In this document: positions 1 through 10,462 of the stretch, piece after piece | How the letters are laid out: each line of letters opens with the position of its first letter | How positions within the stretch are numbered: position 1 is the first letter of the stretch | IMG/VR virus record: IMGVR_UViG_3300044796_000657 | Location: 366,230-430,229 of that record | Strand: one strand, 5' to 3' | DNA: 64,000 bases | Notes under the pieces: generated by a model | The model's database searches: none | The model's input: only the letters and a program-made list of their open reading frames with translations | What the model was told of the DNA's origin: nothing | Translations under genes and position numbers: made by a program

Positions 1-533
1 TCCAATCTAAGATCACTGGTGTACAATTCATTCCTTTGACACACTTACAGATAAACCTTGCGTCGGCATGTGTGAGGCTCTTGGCTGTTTTGAGTGTCTT
101 AGCCAAATAGTGAATTAGTACAAATGGTTTATCTGGCAGAGTTTTGATGAAATCGTCAGCTAATTGATGCTCATGAGGCTGGATTGTAATATCGTAGCCT
201 TCATAGAGCTTTTCAATTGGCTTAACTTTTAATACGTGCTTCAAAAATTGCGTAGGCTTAGTGGAAGGTAAATTACTGCAACAACTCTTTGGAATTGGCC
301 AAAGAATATCTAAAATTTCGTCATAAGAACGACTTTCATATTGATCAATTTTTCTACGAAAGATGTTTCCGACTTTGCCTAGAAAGTAAGATTCCTTTCC
401 GGAGCCGACTTCAATATCCAGATTCCAATGAGGAAAGTAATGTGCAATATGCCGCATCACAATTGAAAATTGGGCATTGTCGCCCAAACCGTGCCTCATC
501 TTAAACAAAACTCGCATACTCTATGAAAGTAAG

Positions 534-1520
534 TTAAATCATATTCGGCGAACCACCGAGAAAATGTCTAACTCTTTGCCCTCTCATAAGACCGTCATAT
601 ATCTCCTTATTGATCATATCCTGTAGCTGATATGGAGTTCCTCGCCAATCTTCGTGCGGGCCAATGAAATCACTATCTTTCATTGGTGGCAACGCAAGCA
701 ATGGCGGACGACTCAATCCAAGGGTTTTTTCGCCAAATGCTAAATCATCGATGTGTTCACCGAGTATTGAAATTTCTGCCGTAAACTTTTCCCGCATCCG
801 TGGTTTACTATTAAAGATTTTCGGTTGCGGCAAATTGGAAAGAGGATCGGCATCAACACCCAATAACCGACATCGTAATATATTCCATTCGTCCAACGGC
901 ATTTCGTTGACGTTGATACGGTAATCATTTGTGAAAAGGTCTAATGTTGGTGCAACATCGGGAGCACAATTATGAATTAGATCGTAAGTTAAACAAATCG
1001 CTACTCCCATCCAAAAGTTGGGATTGTTCAACGGAAACACTTTTTGGTTACGAGTGATCTTATCGAGTATGGTTGGCGGGCTGCGGTGATACGTTTTAAC
1101 ATATCGACATTGCCCGTGCAATAAATTCCGATAGTGATGACTTAGATCACGGATACTATGAAATTGGTGTTGGGCGAGATGTTCACTTTTGCCAAAGATT
1201 GCCCAAGGAATTACGCTGACGCTACGACTTCCCGCAACAAAAAGTGTGCGATATGACAAAAAGCCGTTAACTCTATCAAACATATCACATACCGTTTCAC
1301 CCCATTCACACCAATGCTGCCGACGGCGGAAGCGGGAATCTTCGGGGTACGTATCGATATGCGCAAAGTATTTTTTCAAGAAAAAGGTTTTCTTGAGAGC
1401 GCCTTTCGGTATAGCGAACTCCAGAACGTGATATTCGGTATCATCGACTACTTCGATGCTTGATGAGACATTGCCGTTATGGAAGGCTTCTTTTGGTGTC
1501 ATAATGTTGCTATTTTGCAA
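534..1520 (-). CDS. hypothetical protein (328 aa)
   Basis: Long ORF; no recognisable motif. Confidence 0.75.
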   Translation of the reverse strand: MQNSNIMTPKEAFHNGNVSSSIEVVDDTEYHVLEFAIPKGALKKTFFLKKYFAHIDTYPEDSRFRRRQHWCEWGETVCDMFDRVNGFLSYRTLFVAGSRSVSVIPWAIFGKSEHLAQHQFHSIRDLSHHYRNLLHGQCRYVKTYHRSPPTILDKITRNQKVFPLNNPNFWMGVAICLTYDLIHNCAPDVAPTLDLFTNDYRINVNEMPLDEWNILRCRLLGVDADPLSNLPQPKIFNSKPRMREKFTAEISILGEHIDDLAFGEKTLGLSRPPLLALPPMKDSDFIGPHEDWRGTPYQLQDMINKEIYDGLMRGQRVRHFLGGSPNMI

Positions 1521-1540
1521 ATTTAAGGTATACTAAACCC

Positions 1541-2425
1541 ATGAGCAAATTTCTAATTACCGGTGCTAGTGGTTTCATAGGATCAAATCTAGTAAATAAC
1601 TTACTAGACATGGGGCATGAAGTCACATGCATCGGAAGAATAGACGAACAACCAGTTCGATGTCTATCATACACTTTCCATGACATTAATTGGAAGAGCA
1701 TTGGGCAGATTGATGGTATATTTCATCAAGCGGCAATCACCAATACGCTTCATCCCAACAAAACAGATTTTAACTTAATAAACTTTGAATACACGAAGTC
1801 ACTGTTTGAGGCGGCTAAGCATAATGTCAAATCTATTGTGTACGCAAGTTCCTGTGGCGTTTACGGCGATGTTCCCACCCCATTTAGGGAAGATGGCCCC
1901 ACCAAGCCACTCAATCTGTACAGTCAATCTAAATTGGATCTTGATCAATGGGCAATGAAATGGTCTCTTGCAAATCGTGTTAAGGTCGTTGGCCTCAGAT
2001 ATAGCAACGTGTACGGTGCTGGCGAATCACACAAGGGCAAGAGTGCCAGTATGATTTACCAATTGGCCAAAAGTATCAGTCGGGGAATTCGTCCTAGATT
2101 ATTTGAACATGGCGAACAAAAGAGAGATTTCGTTTACATTGAAGATGTCATGACAGCAAATCGTTTGGCTTTAAGTGCTCCGTCCGGTGTCTACAATGTT
2201 GGCTCTGGATCAGCTACCTCGTTCAATGATATTGTTAATCATCTAAATGCCACCTTAAGCACAGATGTTAAACCTGAATACTTCCCCAATCCACATCAAT
2301 CAGTTTACCAAAATTCTACATTGTGCGATTTGAGTTTATCAAAAGATCGTTTGTGCTATTTCCCTCTGTACGACATTGCTTCTGGCATCAAAGCATATCA
2401 CCAATCGGGAAAGCTAGTCTCTTAA
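1541..2425 (+). CDS. NAD-dependent epimerase/dehydratase (ADP-heptose 6-epimerase-like extended SDR)
   Basis: ITGASGFIGSNL Rossmann motif, FHQAA, YASSCGVYG, YSQSK (YxxxK), RYSNVYG, RDFVYIEDV. Confidence 0.9.
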   Translation: MSKFLITGASGFIGSNLVNNLLDMGHEVTCIGRIDEQPVRCLSYTFHDINWKSIGQIDGIFHQAAITNTLHPNKTDFNLINFEYTKSLFEAAKHNVKSIVYASSCGVYGDVPTPFREDGPTKPLNLYSQSKLDLDQWAMKWSLANRVKVVGLRYSNVYGAGESHKGKSASMIYQLAKSISRGIRPRLFEHGEQKRDFVYIEDVMTANRLALSAPSGVYNVGSGSATSFNDIVNHLNATLSTDVKPEYFPNPHQSVYQNSTLCDLSLSKDRLCYFPLYDIASGIKAYHQSGKLVS

Positions 2426-3268
2426 GCCGCTGGTCGTATTAATAGCAACCGGCAAGCCCATAATTTTGACGCCGAATTTGTCCGGATGAACCGGCAGAGT
2501 ACCTTGCGACACTTCTCTTTTTATCCAAATCGGCAATATGTCACCCGGTAACATTGTCCCAATTTCCAATGGTTCACGACGAGCATTGGTGTCAAACACA
2601 ACGCCAGTTGGTGGATTGTTTGATATTCCTATGTTCGGAGCAGTGCTGTTAATTGGCCCGCCATAGCCGATACGTGTAATCCGAACATTCAAACCTTGAT
2701 CATCAACTACTCTAAGCAATTCTTGCGCTCGCCCTTTTGCGGTACCCGAAAACGTAATAATAAAATCATATGAATCGCTTGTTCTTTGGCCCAAACAAGT
2801 CACGCCTGTCAAATTCCCCAGAGAGTTGATTAGAGCCGCAATCCGTTGAGACATAAATGCGGTGTCTGGTACCCATAGAATATCCCGTGTTTGGGTAGTT
2901 TTTGTACCTTGTGCAGAAGATTCTGTATAAGCCAATCGGAATGAACCACCAACTGGACTTCCGGGTATTGTAATGGCTTGTACATCATTGGTAAAAGCAA
3001 ATCCTAATTCAATATCAGCACCTTTATCTGCTTCTTTGGTCAAAAATACACTGGCATTTTTGAGTTTTTCAATAGAAGACAAGAGTTTAACATAGATACA
3101 ACGGTAATCAATTGAACCATCAATTGTTTGCTCTCTGGTTACGTCATCGAATAAATTGTTAAATATTTTTTTGACTGGCGAGCGAGATGGTTCACCGCCA
3201 ATAGATAACAATGGATCTGAATTGTGCTGTCCGCCGGATAGCATAAACTCAATGTCTTTTTCAGTCAT
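2414..3268 (-). CDS. putative virion structural protein
   Basis: N-terminal FMLSGGQHNSDPLLSIGG resembles motifs I recall from phage structural proteins; beta-rich G/T/S composition. Confidence 0.45.
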   Translation of the reverse strand: MTEKDIEFMLSGGQHNSDPLLSIGGEPSRSPVKKIFNNLFDDVTREQTIDGSIDYRCIYVKLLSSIEKLKNASVFLTKEADKGADIELGFAFTNDVQAITIPGSPVGGSFRLAYTESSAQGTKTTQTRDILWVPDTAFMSQRIAALINSLGNLTGVTCLGQRTSDSYDFIITFSGTAKGRAQELLRVVDDQGLNVRITRIGYGGPINSTAPNIGISNNPPTGVVFDTNARREPLEIGTMLPGDILPIWIKREVSQGTLPVHPDKFGVKIMGLPVAINTTSGLRD

Positions 3269-3369
3269 TTGGTCTATATACCTTTATAGAAATTTGTAGC
3301 CTTGTGTATATATGTCATATCGTTGCAAGTGCCGATTGTACATTGGGTTGACTAGGAGAATACAGAAAC

Positions 3370-4386
3370 ATGATGAATTATCAAACATACAAACTCCTTA
3401 ACGAAACTTTGGGTTTGTCGGCTCTTGGTGTTAAGTCCCCCCACAACTTGGGAATTGGCGCAGCACCATCGGGCTGGAGTGAAGCGGGTATGCTGCCTCC
3501 AGTGGGTGGGGCACTTAGCGGTGGCAATCCTTTTGGCGGCGTTGGTGGTGGCGGTGAAGCCCCTGCTCCCGGTGCCGATGATATGGGCGGCGATGACATG
3601 AATGCTGATCCTGATGCCGGTGACGATCAAGGTGATCAAGGTGATAAAGATCCAGCCGATATGTCTCACGAAGAATTGGTTGCTGCTTTAACTGATTTGG
3701 GACACGAAGAAGACGAACTTGAAGGCAAAGAAGACGACGAACTCCGTGATATGCTCGTCCAAGCCCAAGCCGAACAAGGCGATGATAGTGGCGACGGCGA
3801 AACCGATGCCGATCTGGATGCCGATCACGGCGACGATATGGGTGATGCTTCAGCGGGTAGTGGTGATGACAATCTCGTACCTAATAAGAAGCCAGTTAGC
3901 CCATTCATGAAGGCTTTTATGAAGAAAGAAGCCGCTGAAGCTAAGGCCAATGACAAAGAAGACAAAAAGGGCAAAGACGACGGCAAGCCTACTTTCATGA
4001 TGAAGAAAAAGTGCGGTTCCGGCATGGATGATAAGAAGATGGTTATTGGCAGCAAGAACTGCAAAGGGTGCAAAGACAATATGAAGAAAGAAAATACCGC
4101 TGGTGATTACGCTCGTCCAAAGAGTTACGATGGCAGCGAAGCGGCCTTCAAGAAGAGCATTCGTGAACAACTCGCTGCTACCAATGTTAATCAAAAATTC
4201 AACGATGGTATGCGAGATTTCAAAAAGGAAGATTTGCTGATTATGCCAAATCCCCTTGAAACCCCTGCTATGTCTCAACCCGGCGAAGCAGGTTTTGCAC
4301 CACAGGGCAAGATTGGTGACTTAGGATTTACTGCGGAAGCCGTTGCCAGTATGATGAAGCGAATTGAAAAATTGGAAAAGAAATAA
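3370..4386 (+). CDS. low-complexity acidic/Lys-Met-rich protein, possible head-internal or scaffold protein
   Basis: 338 aa with Gly/Asp-rich then Lys-rich tracts; followed by terminator. Confidence 0.6.
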   Translation: MMNYQTYKLLNETLGLSALGVKSPHNLGIGAAPSGWSEAGMLPPVGGALSGGNPFGGVGGGGEAPAPGADDMGGDDMNADPDAGDDQGDQGDKDPADMSHEELVAALTDLGHEEDELEGKEDDELRDMLVQAQAEQGDDSGDGETDADLDADHGDDMGDASAGSGDDNLVPNKKPVSPFMKAFMKKEAAEAKANDKEDKKGKDDGKPTFMMKKKCGSGMDDKKMVIGSKNCKGCKDNMKKENTAGDYARPKSYDGSEAAFKKSIREQLAATNVNQKFNDGMRDFKKEDLLIMPNPLETPAMSQPGEAGFAPQGKIGDLGFTAEAVASMMKRIEKLEKK

Positions 4387-4391
4387 CTCAT

Positions 4392-4425
4392 CAAAAAAAG
4401 CCCGCATTTGCGGGCTTTTTTATTT
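4392..4425 (+). terminator. intrinsic terminator (probably bidirectional)
   Basis: aaaaaaagcccgc-attt-gcgggctttttt. Confidence 0.85.
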
Positions 4426-4580
4426 GGGTTCACAATATTATACTACTGTGCAAGTTAATACAAGGAAAATATGGACAAGACGAGATATTTGAATTTTTGG
4501 CTCTTGAGAGCTGAAATAAGGAGACGATTAGTAGAAGAAAAAACCAAAGAAGTTAAAGTGGTCTACAAAAAGTCTTGATA

Positions 4581-4607
4581 CAAGCCCCGCTAAGCGGGGC
4601 TTTTTTA
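4581..4607. terminator. intrinsic terminator hairpin
   Basis: aagccccgc-taa-gcggggctttttt. Confidence 0.75.
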
Positions 4608-5213
4608 TTTGCATTTCCATTGATTACGGCAAACAATCTCTTTCCAATCTTCTTTTTTCTTTGGTAATTTTTTTTCAAGAAGCCAAGAGGGATCAAAAAT
4701 AGGTGTCTTTTTCAAGAGCTCTAATGTCCAAGTTTGAGTTTCTTGATAGGGCAACTTGGATGTTTCGTGGATTGATCCCGGCCCCACAAAGAGGCCACCG
4801 TCGCCTCGAATGTCCAAGTTATATTTAACGCCGTCTTTGACTATTTTTTGAACATTACGAATACTTCTGTTCATTGGATGCCGATAAATGTAATGTGTAC
4901 CGTGTCCGGAACCGCTGACCTGCATGAGTGGTGTAGGTGGACATGCTTTTTGTACGACTTGCTCAGCGGCCTCATCGTCGGCATCTACAACGATAATACC
5001 AGAAATTTTGCCTGTGATAATGGCATAATTCAAACCGGCATACCTTTGATACCAATAAACAATTTGGTCTAAGCTGGCTCGTTCTGATTGATAGGGCTTC
5101 CATCGTTCTACGGTACACCCTTTGTTGGATGCTCCCTTAACGAGTGGCGGTGATATGGAGAAGCCGAGATTGCATAATCGCAAAGCATTTTCAAAGATCA
5201 GTCTATGATTCAT
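4605..5213 (-). CDS. bifunctional DNA primase/polymerase N-terminal (Prim-Pol) domain protein
   Basis: NYAIITGKISGIIVVDAD, SGSGHGTHYIY, LDIRGDGGLFVGPGSIH; start placed at ATG 5213. Confidence 0.85.
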   Translation of the reverse strand: MNHRLIFENALRLCNLGFSISPPLVKGASNKGCTVERWKPYQSERASLDQIVYWYQRYAGLNYAIITGKISGIIVVDADDEAAEQVVQKACPPTPLMQVSGSGHGTHYIYRHPMNRSIRNVQKIVKDGVKYNLDIRGDGGLFVGPGSIHETSKLPYQETQTWTLELLKKTPIFDPSWLLEKKLPKKKEDWKEIVCRNQWKCK

Positions 5214-5353
5214 AAATATGATATGGGTTCTTTCAAAAAATGGCTTGAGTCTGCTGATCAACAACGACAAAAAGATAAGGCTTCCCTCGCTCTGAAAAAA
5301 CCAGAAGTGAGAGATAGCCTAATATCTCGTTACGGTGGATTTTTGAAGAAAAC

Positions 5354-6031
5354 TTAATACATGTCTTCCCCGACGTTTTCGTTTTCAATGACTTCGTAAT
5401 CATCGTAGTAACCGAATCGTTTTGAGAAAAAGTCTCTCAGTAATCTAACGTCCAGATGGGATACTTGATGCCCACCGTGGTATCTTTCTACAAAGTCCAC
5501 TGGATATTTTTGCTTTTGAAGTGCCTTTTGCATTGGTACATATCGTTCGTCCCACTTGAAACAATTATCATCCATGTTGTGTTGGACGATGAGCGGCGCA
5601 CCGGTAGGGCATTTTGGCAATTGTTTCGGATTGAGAATTGCACCAGCCAAACACACACCACCTGCCAATGGCTCAACGCTATGTGCCATGACGTTAATTG
5701 TCATAACACCACCTGCCGAGAAGCCCATAATGCCGATTTCGTTTCGCTTAAAGCCCCAACCGTTTTGGATGGTACTAATTGCCTTTTCGATCACGGCACG
5801 GGCAGCAGGCAAGCCTTCTACAGCGTCGTTTTGATCGTGGATGCCGTTTGGTTGAGGGTACCATTCAAGATTGTTTGGCTCTAGAATGACGGCCATACTT
5901 CGCCATAAGCCACTATGCTCGAAGATGGATTCCATGTAAGAAGTGGGAATTCCACGCCCCGGCAAAGCCAACATACAACCCACTGGCTTTGTACCAGAAA
6001 CGGGTTCAATAACCGTCCATTTAGAAAGCAT
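5354..6031 (-). CDS. phospholipase/carboxylesterase (alpha/beta hydrolase)
   Basis: GFSAGG nucleophile elbow (GxSxG), late Asp and GGH His. Confidence 0.85.
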   Translation of the reverse strand: MLSKWTVIEPVSGTKPVGCMLALPGRGIPTSYMESIFEHSGLWRSMAVILEPNNLEWYPQPNGIHDQNDAVEGLPAARAVIEKAISTIQNGWGFKRNEIGIMGFSAGGVMTINVMAHSVEPLAGGVCLAGAILNPKQLPKCPTGAPLIVQHNMDDNCFKWDERYVPMQKALQKQKYPVDFVERYHGGHQVSHLDVRLLRDFFSKRFGYYDDYEVIENENVGEDMY

Positions 6032-6097
6032 GACAACTCCGAAAATATGTACGTATTAAGGCCACCGATCAAAAGATCGGTGGCTTAGAGACGACGA

Positions 6098-7060
6098 TTA
6101 GAAACCCCATGCCGTTGCGAGGTCAGTCCACGTTGCGGTGCAGTGTCGCTTGCCGTTGATGGGTTCGCAAGCCAACAGCAATTCTTCGTACAGCTTGGCG
6201 GGCATGTACTTCTTCACCAACCCGTTCAAGAAGGTTTTGCCCAACTTCTTGTCGGAATTGTTAATTGCGTTTTTGAGGTCTTCCACCTTGTAGGCGGTGC
6301 AGGTCTGTTCATCTTTCCAGAGTTCCAGATGCTTCTTTTCGGCGACGAAATCGACCGTGAACTTGCTCAACCGATAAATCAGTTGAACGAGGGCCGGACT
6401 GCGGAGCCAGAAGTTGCCGGTTGCTCGGTATTCAACGCCGTAATCCTTCGGACGGTGGGTACCGGCGTTCCCATAGAGCTTCCGACGAGCGGCGCTGGTT
6501 GGGTCTTGATCCATCCACAGGGAGGGAATGCCGACGAACAAATCCATCATGCGTACCACCCACACCCGACCCCAAGGGCGTGCTTGGCCTTCGTCTTGGT
6601 CTTCCGGGGCAGTTAACGGGTACACTTGGTCGGCAAAGCCCAAGTGGATGTGCCCGCCCGCCGAACGGAATGTGGTTTCGCAGCTCGGTGCTTGAACCAT
6701 TGCCATTTCGTAGGCATCGAATTCGGGTTCGCAGCCGAAGACCAGTGCGTCGGGGTGTTGGCATTCCGATTTCGGATATTCGCCCGAAGCACGCAGTTCC
6801 AATTGATATGGGTACACTGCCTTGGAAAGACGATACAAGCAATCCTTGATGGTAGCGACCAGTGCGGCATCGCTATCAGCGGGATTGATGTTAACTTCGA
6901 CGTTCACGTTGTCCGGAAACGCCTTGCCGCCGTTCCCCAAATCGAGTTTCTTTTCCTTGTTACCGTGAATCACGCCGATGGCGGATTTCAGGTAGCCGGT
7001 TTTGGGATCGCAGAGCATCATCTCCGGATCGGTGCCCACAAGCAGTTTCGTCTTCGCCAT
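6098..7060 (-). CDS. phiEco32-like COOH-NH2 ligase type 2 (putative amidoligase)
   Basis: VGTDPEMML, DNVNVEVNI, FGCEPEFDAY, RSAGGHIHLG, RRKLYGNAG, YGVEYR; noticeably GC-richer than flanks. Confidence 0.8.
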   Translation of the reverse strand: MAKTKLLVGTDPEMMLCDPKTGYLKSAIGVIHGNKEKKLDLGNGGKAFPDNVNVEVNINPADSDAALVATIKDCLYRLSKAVYPYQLELRASGEYPKSECQHPDALVFGCEPEFDAYEMAMVQAPSCETTFRSAGGHIHLGFADQVYPLTAPEDQDEGQARPWGRVWVVRMMDLFVGIPSLWMDQDPTSAARRKLYGNAGTHRPKDYGVEYRATGNFWLRSPALVQLIYRLSKFTVDFVAEKKHLELWKDEQTCTAYKVEDLKNAINNSDKKLGKTFLNGLVKKYMPAKLYEELLLACEPINGKRHCTATWTDLATAWGF

Positions 7061-7073
7061 GACTGTCGCTCCC

Positions 7074-7898
7074 TTAAGGTTTAATCGCCGTAGTAGTCGC
7101 ACCGACCATCGATGAAACTACCTTTTCTTCCACCTTTTTCTTTTCGTCAATACTCTTTCGTGTCCAATACTTGCACACGTTTTGCGTTGCGCCACTGGCA
7201 AAACCGCAAATCCCGGCACTGTTGTGCATAGTACTAATTGGCACTTTCGCCGGGTAATTCTTCTGAGTATCGATGAAGAAGAACTTACGATAACCCATCT
7301 TTAGTATCTTTTCTATCCCTTTCAACGCCTGCGAAACCTGATGCTGATCGTTAGTTTGGTATGCGGGTATTTTTCCTGAACCCACGCCTCTTAACGTTAC
7401 CATAAAGTCAGTGCCGGGCTTATGTACGAAGCCAACTCGCAACATAAGGCTGTACATGCTAACCATGACCGGTGAATTGAACCACTTGCCCGATCCGCTA
7501 ATGCGATATGCACCCGTTTTAGCGTATCTTGAAGGGGGATTCGATACCTTCCAAATTCTGGTCGGCTTTAATTTGAGTTTTTGTTCTACCTGATTTAGAA
7601 AATCAAGCACCCCCTGAATTTTTTCATTGAATTTCTTATCACGAGAATTAACCACCACCAACCGAATCCTATCCATCGATATTTTCGGCATTGTGGCCGG
7701 GTTATAGGTAAAACCGTAAATGGATGCCGTGCGGTTATTCAGATGCCCTTGAACGGCATCTTGAATAAAGTCCTTGCAGAAAACAAAAGGATGGCATTGC
7801 TCATTGTTCGCATTGACCAAACAGTACTGCAGTCCCGTGTCATAGATTTCGGAAATGCTCTGACTCGTTTTCAGCCACTTGATTTCAATTTCCTTCAT
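7074..7898 (-). CDS. hypothetical protein, paralog of 51976-52740
   Basis: Shared QCHPFVFCKDFIQDAV...YGFTY block; start at ATG 7898 after GGGG. Confidence 0.7.
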   Translation of the reverse strand: MKEIEIKWLKTSQSISEIYDTGLQYCLVNANNEQCHPFVFCKDFIQDAVQGHLNNRTASIYGFTYNPATMPKISMDRIRLVVVNSRDKKFNEKIQGVLDFLNQVEQKLKLKPTRIWKVSNPPSRYAKTGAYRISGSGKWFNSPVMVSMYSLMLRVGFVHKPGTDFMVTLRGVGSGKIPAYQTNDQHQVSQALKGIEKILKMGYRKFFFIDTQKNYPAKVPISTMHNSAGICGFASGATQNVCKYWTRKSIDEKKKVEEKVVSSMVGATTTAIKP

Positions 7899-7947
7899 TT
7901 GATTTCCCCCAATTACAGAATTCAGTCTCCCAACAATACATACGAAT

Positions 7948-8259
7948 ATGGACAGTTTCAAGCTATTCGAGACAGTAGAACGACATACAGAACACGAAGT
8001 TCTCAACATGTACTACAGCCGAAACCAATACAAAATTGCCGACATTAGTGAATTAACTGGCCTCTCCACCGCTGGCATTTATCGCATCCTTCAAAAACAC
8101 GAAATTGTACCACAACGACGTACAGCCAATGCTGGTCAATATGAAACCATTTATCATTTTGCCGATACAGGAGTTCCCGCTAAGAGAATTGCTGAGTTAT
8201 CAGGTTATTCTTTGAGACAAGTTTACAATATCTTAAATTCCCGCACCCAATCAATTTGA
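7948..8259 (+). CDS. tandem helix-turn-helix DNA-binding protein
   Basis: Two HTH-like repeats: IADISELTGLSTAGIYRIL and AKRIAELSGYSLRQVYNIL. Confidence 0.75.
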   Translation: MDSFKLFETVERHTEHEVLNMYYSRNQYKIADISELTGLSTAGIYRILQKHEIVPQRRTANAGQYETIYHFADTGVPAKRIAELSGYSLRQVYNILNSRTQSI

Positions 8260-8296
8260 TATTACTTTATTAGAGTAAATCAACAGATTGGAAAAT

Positions 8297-9370
8297 ATGT
8301 CTATTTGTTTAACGATGATCGTCAAAAACGAAGGCGCTATTATTGAGCGAGCGTTGGCATCGGTTAAAAATCACATTGCTCATTACATCATTTGTGATAC
8401 CGGTAGCACAGACGATACAGTAGTAAAAATTAAGCAAGTTTTACATGACGTACCGGGCCAAATTTTACATCACGATTGGGTTAACTTTTCGCACAATAAA
8501 AATCTTGCAATTGATATAGCTGCCACTACGAGATGTGACTGGATTTTACTTTTAGATGCCGATGAAGCTCTTATTGTTAACAATAATACCCTAGATCAGC
8601 TTTTGGACAAAGAAGTTGATAGTTATTTGGTTACATTGAAGACCATGAACACCAATAACGTCTACAAAAAACGTAAAATCTTACGCTCCAACTCACAGTG
8701 CCGCTTTGAGGGCGCAACGCACGAAGTATTGGTAAAAAAAGAATTTGTTAAAGATGCTGATTTGATAGGTGCTGAAATTGCCGAATTCAATGATTCTTCA
8801 AGGCGTTTGGGTGGCTTGAAATACATTGACGATTTAATGATTTTGGAAAAGGACTTCAATACAAATCCAACGCCAAGAAAGTGCTTCTATTTAGCACGTA
8901 CATATTACGATATGGGATTTTACAATCCTGCTGCTTTGTATTTTGAAAAAAGAATTAAGATGGGAGAATGGGAAGAAGAAGTTTATTATTCGATGTACCA
9001 ATTAGCCAATTGTCAATGGAATCTTACGCACGACATTTGGAAGTGCTTTGATTTGTTTATAGCGTCGTACAACTACCGCCCCAGTCGATCTGAGGCTTTG
9101 GCTGATCTTGCACAATATTTAGAACAGGCGAAGATGTGGAATACGTTGTACCATGTGACGAAAGGGGAATTCGCCTTATCACAAGATATGTTATTTGTAA
9201 ACAGCTCAGCCCATTGGCGGATCATCGAAAAGCACGCTTTCGCTGCTTATTACTTAGGTGATCGCCAAAAGGCTAAAATGTTATTACAGCGAATTATTGA
9301 TTCTCAAACTTTGGATGCCAATCAAGCCCAAACCCTTGCTAAGAATTTGGCTATTATGAATTCGGTCTAA
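8297..9370 (+). CDS. glycosyltransferase family 2 with C-terminal TPR repeats
   Basis: CLTMIVKNE, ICDTGSTDDT, WILLLDADE, then TPR-like FYLARTYYDMG. Confidence 0.9.
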   Translation: MSICLTMIVKNEGAIIERALASVKNHIAHYIICDTGSTDDTVVKIKQVLHDVPGQILHHDWVNFSHNKNLAIDIAATTRCDWILLLDADEALIVNNNTLDQLLDKEVDSYLVTLKTMNTNNVYKKRKILRSNSQCRFEGATHEVLVKKEFVKDADLIGAEIAEFNDSSRRLGGLKYIDDLMILEKDFNTNPTPRKCFYLARTYYDMGFYNPAALYFEKRIKMGEWEEEVYYSMYQLANCQWNLTHDIWKCFDLFIASYNYRPSRSEALADLAQYLEQAKMWNTLYHVTKGEFALSQDMLFVNSSAHWRIIEKHAFAAYYLGDRQKAKMLLQRIIDSQTLDANQAQTLAKNLAIMNSV

Positions 9371-9815
9371 TTGTTAACGTATAACCGAATTCTTCCCCGT
9401 AATAAATGTTGGCTTTCGGGATCTTCGTATTGGACGCCTTGTAATTCTTGGCTTGCCCTTGAAGGAACGAAAGCGTGTCACGGAAATTCTTAAATGTCGT
9501 TTTCGTCCCATCCAGTAATTGAAGGTTGATGGTATCGTCGGCCATCACTGTAACCTTGAATCTCTTTTCTTCTTCTTCCTCTCTGTCGTTAATACTGAAA
9601 GGAAGGTCGCCATCCGTTGCCTCTGTCAGAATTTCTTTCGTCTTATTCTCAGTGGTGGAATAGACGATGTGCTTGCCTGCTTTCCTTTGATCGACAATAT
9701 GACTCACAAGGTTGAGGCCAAGAATAATGACTTCGTGTTTACCCATTCCCATGCTTGAAGCAAGGTTTGTGATTCTGTTGTCTTCTTCCGTAATCGCTAT
9801 GATGATCTTTCCCAT
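9354..9815 (-). CDS. hypothetical protein, possible ribbon-helix-helix N-terminus
   Basis: ORF 153 aa. Confidence 0.55.
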   Translation of the reverse strand: MGKIIIAITEEDNRITNLASSMGMGKHEVIILGLNLVSHIVDQRKAGKHIVYSTTENKTKEILTEATDGDLPFSINDREEEEEKRFKVTVMADDTINLQLLDGTKTTFKNFRDTLSFLQGQAKNYKASNTKIPKANIYYGEEFGYTLTIRPNS

Positions 9816-9946
9816 GTCTTTTGTCCCTGCTGAATAGAAAGTTAATTTGATAAATCGCTACGGATTTCGCAATTCGCACATAATACCACCATATTTTTTG
9901 TAATCAACACCACTCTAATAGTTAATCTTCTCGTTAGGGTGAAAAA

Positions 9947-10462
9947 TTGAAAATCGCTTACTTCATTTTGGGGCCGGAAAGCAGCGGCACTCGCATGATC
10001 ACCAAGGCTTTTTGTTCGCTTGGCATTTATGGCGACCACAAGCATCGCCAAAGAATGGATGATCTGAATTTTGCTAAGACGCCTGCGAGCATCGTCTTAA
10101 GACGGAGCTTGCCTCACGGTGAACTTTGGCCCGCTATTGCCGATACAATCACATTGATGAAACGTGGCGGCTACCAGCATGTCGTGCCTATCTTAATTAT
10201 TCGTGACAAAGACGCCACTGTTAAATCTCAACTTCGCCATGTTCACGAAAAGGACGAAGAAGTCTCTCGTAACAATGTTGCTTATAGCATCGATCACACC
10301 TATAGAGACTTGGCCAAGATCGGCTTACTGCCGACCATAATTTGCTATGAACCATTTGTTAAATATGAACATGTCCGAAAACTATTCTTTGACAGCTTGG
10401 GTTTGCCAAATCCGGTCATGGATTTTTATGACGCAAACGAGCAATACAAGGAGGGCGAATGA
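9947..10462 (+). CDS. sulfotransferase/P-loop-like protein (paralog 1)
   Basis: FILGPESSGTRM resembles the PAPS 5'-PSB loop; IIRD; YEPFV. Confidence 0.6.
   Translation: MKIAYFILGPESSGTRMITKAFCSLGIYGDHKHRQRMDDLNFAKTPASIVLRRSLPHGELWPAIADTITLMKRGGYQHVVPILIIRDKDATVKSQLRHVHEKDEEVSRNNVAYSIDHTYRDLAKIGLLPTIICYEPFVKYEHVRKLFFDSLGLPNPVMDFYDANEQYKEGE

Noticed and set aside
6143-7084. Several long overlapping ORFs in the GC-rich amidoligase gene
   Set aside because: Shadow ORFs expected from stop-poor GC-rich sequence; only the minus-strand ligase has motifs.
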